The notes beneath the pieces were generated by a model. That model did no database searches and was not told the DNA's origin. It saw nothing but the letters and a program-made list of their open reading frames with translations. A program made the position numbers and the translations under genes. A stretch of 63,395 nt of DNA, counting the filler, from Phoronis australis (lineage: Eukaryota; Animalia; Phoronida), in NCBI GenBank assembly GCA_002633005.1. It is 6 parts of 6 records of this genome, joined end to end, with 100 filler letters (N's around TTAATTAATTAA, not from the genome) between each part and the next. Parts side by side here need not be neighbours in the genome. Positions count along the whole stretch, not along the records: positions 60,030 to 63,395 come from NMRA01003064.1; 5 more parts are not named here. One strand, written 5' to 3'. Below are positions 62,457 to 63,395 of this stretch, piece by piece; positions within the stretch are counted from its first letter, which is position 1; each line of letters starts with the position of its first letter.

Positions 62457-63395
62457 CTGCAAAATAAAGAAATGTTCCATGAGTAACTAAAGAATGATTT
62501 CTCGGAGTTTCGTTTGATGTGGGTCATCACTGAATTCTCTTGATCTATTTATGCACAATGCTGGGCACTCCACAATAGCACTAAGACCTGATAACTGCAA
62601 ATATCCCACTACTGTAATAACAGACGAGTGCAAAAGTGGCTTCCACAAACAGACCTCTTAAATTCCTATTGGACAAGTGCGTCTTTGTGGGGAATAGACA
62701 AAACACTTTAAATTCAATGCTGGCTACTTTATGTCCCAGTCACTTGAGTATCTCGCTGCATATATTCAAAATTTGAAGGAACGAGGACTGCAAAAATTGT
62801 AACAAAACACTGCTGCATAATCTCAAGATGATTTTAATTCACATGACATGCAAATTGTGAGTCTCAATGTTCCTCCAACAAGGACTTTTCAAGCCATCTT
62901 GCATGATCTGTTACAGTGGATTGCCACAATAGGCAAAAAGTACCGACATAGAAATAATGATAGAACAAACTAGGATTTAAGAATCGTCTTACCTGTAGAA
63001 TGTGCACATCAAGAAATATAGGTTTAGAATGCTTAGAACAAGAACATTGTATAGTTTAATTCTGAATCAGATACAGTAAAAGCTCACAAATTTCTGACAA
63101 AAATAATTGCCAAAATAGCCCTTTCCTCGTTTTTCATGGTTTTCTTAAATTGTGAAGACGTTTTCAAAATTTTGTGTGATGGTAAATATCACACAAAACT
63201 TGAACAAAGTAAAGCAATAATTTGGTGCTATATATTTTACATAAAAATAAAACCTCAGCTGTAGGCCATCAGGTGTCCTAAGTTGGTGAGATTTTACCGT
63301 TGTCAATAGTATATTTCAAAGACAATTAGTGTGATTTACATGTGAATACTGATTAATGTTCTTGGATCTCTCGTGTAATTCACAGTGCAATAAAA

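Overview
Intron-containing, AT-rich animal DNA, most likely from a marine invertebrate (inferred from gene and transposon content). The window is not one locus: it is six contigs joined by artificial 100-nt N44-TTAATTAATTAA-N44 linkers. I reconstructed four partial host genes exon by exon with consistent splice phases: a laminin beta-like chain (-), a Cys-less pentameric ligand-gated ion channel (+, with one GC-AG intron), RABL3 (-) and the mitochondrial dicarboxylate carrier SLC25A10 (-). Mobile DNA is abundant. It includes a near-intact Ty3/Gypsy internal region, two other Gypsy fragments, Harbinger, Merlin and Kolobok remnants, an RTE LINE, MITEs, a 297-bp higher-order satellite, an RPA-like OB-fold pseudogene and Helentron-like repeats carrying ~150-bp-spaced CTCF-like motifs. 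The near-intact Gypsy has a -1 gag-pol slippery site, a PHD finger at the integrase C-terminus, and a zinc-finger ORF3 in the env position behind a splice acceptor. Best candidates for undescribed biology are that Gypsy PHD/ORF3 architecture (ORF3 motifs recur in a second, diverged element), the phased CTCF-motif arrays and the Cys-less channel. All assignments are by eye; no searches were run.
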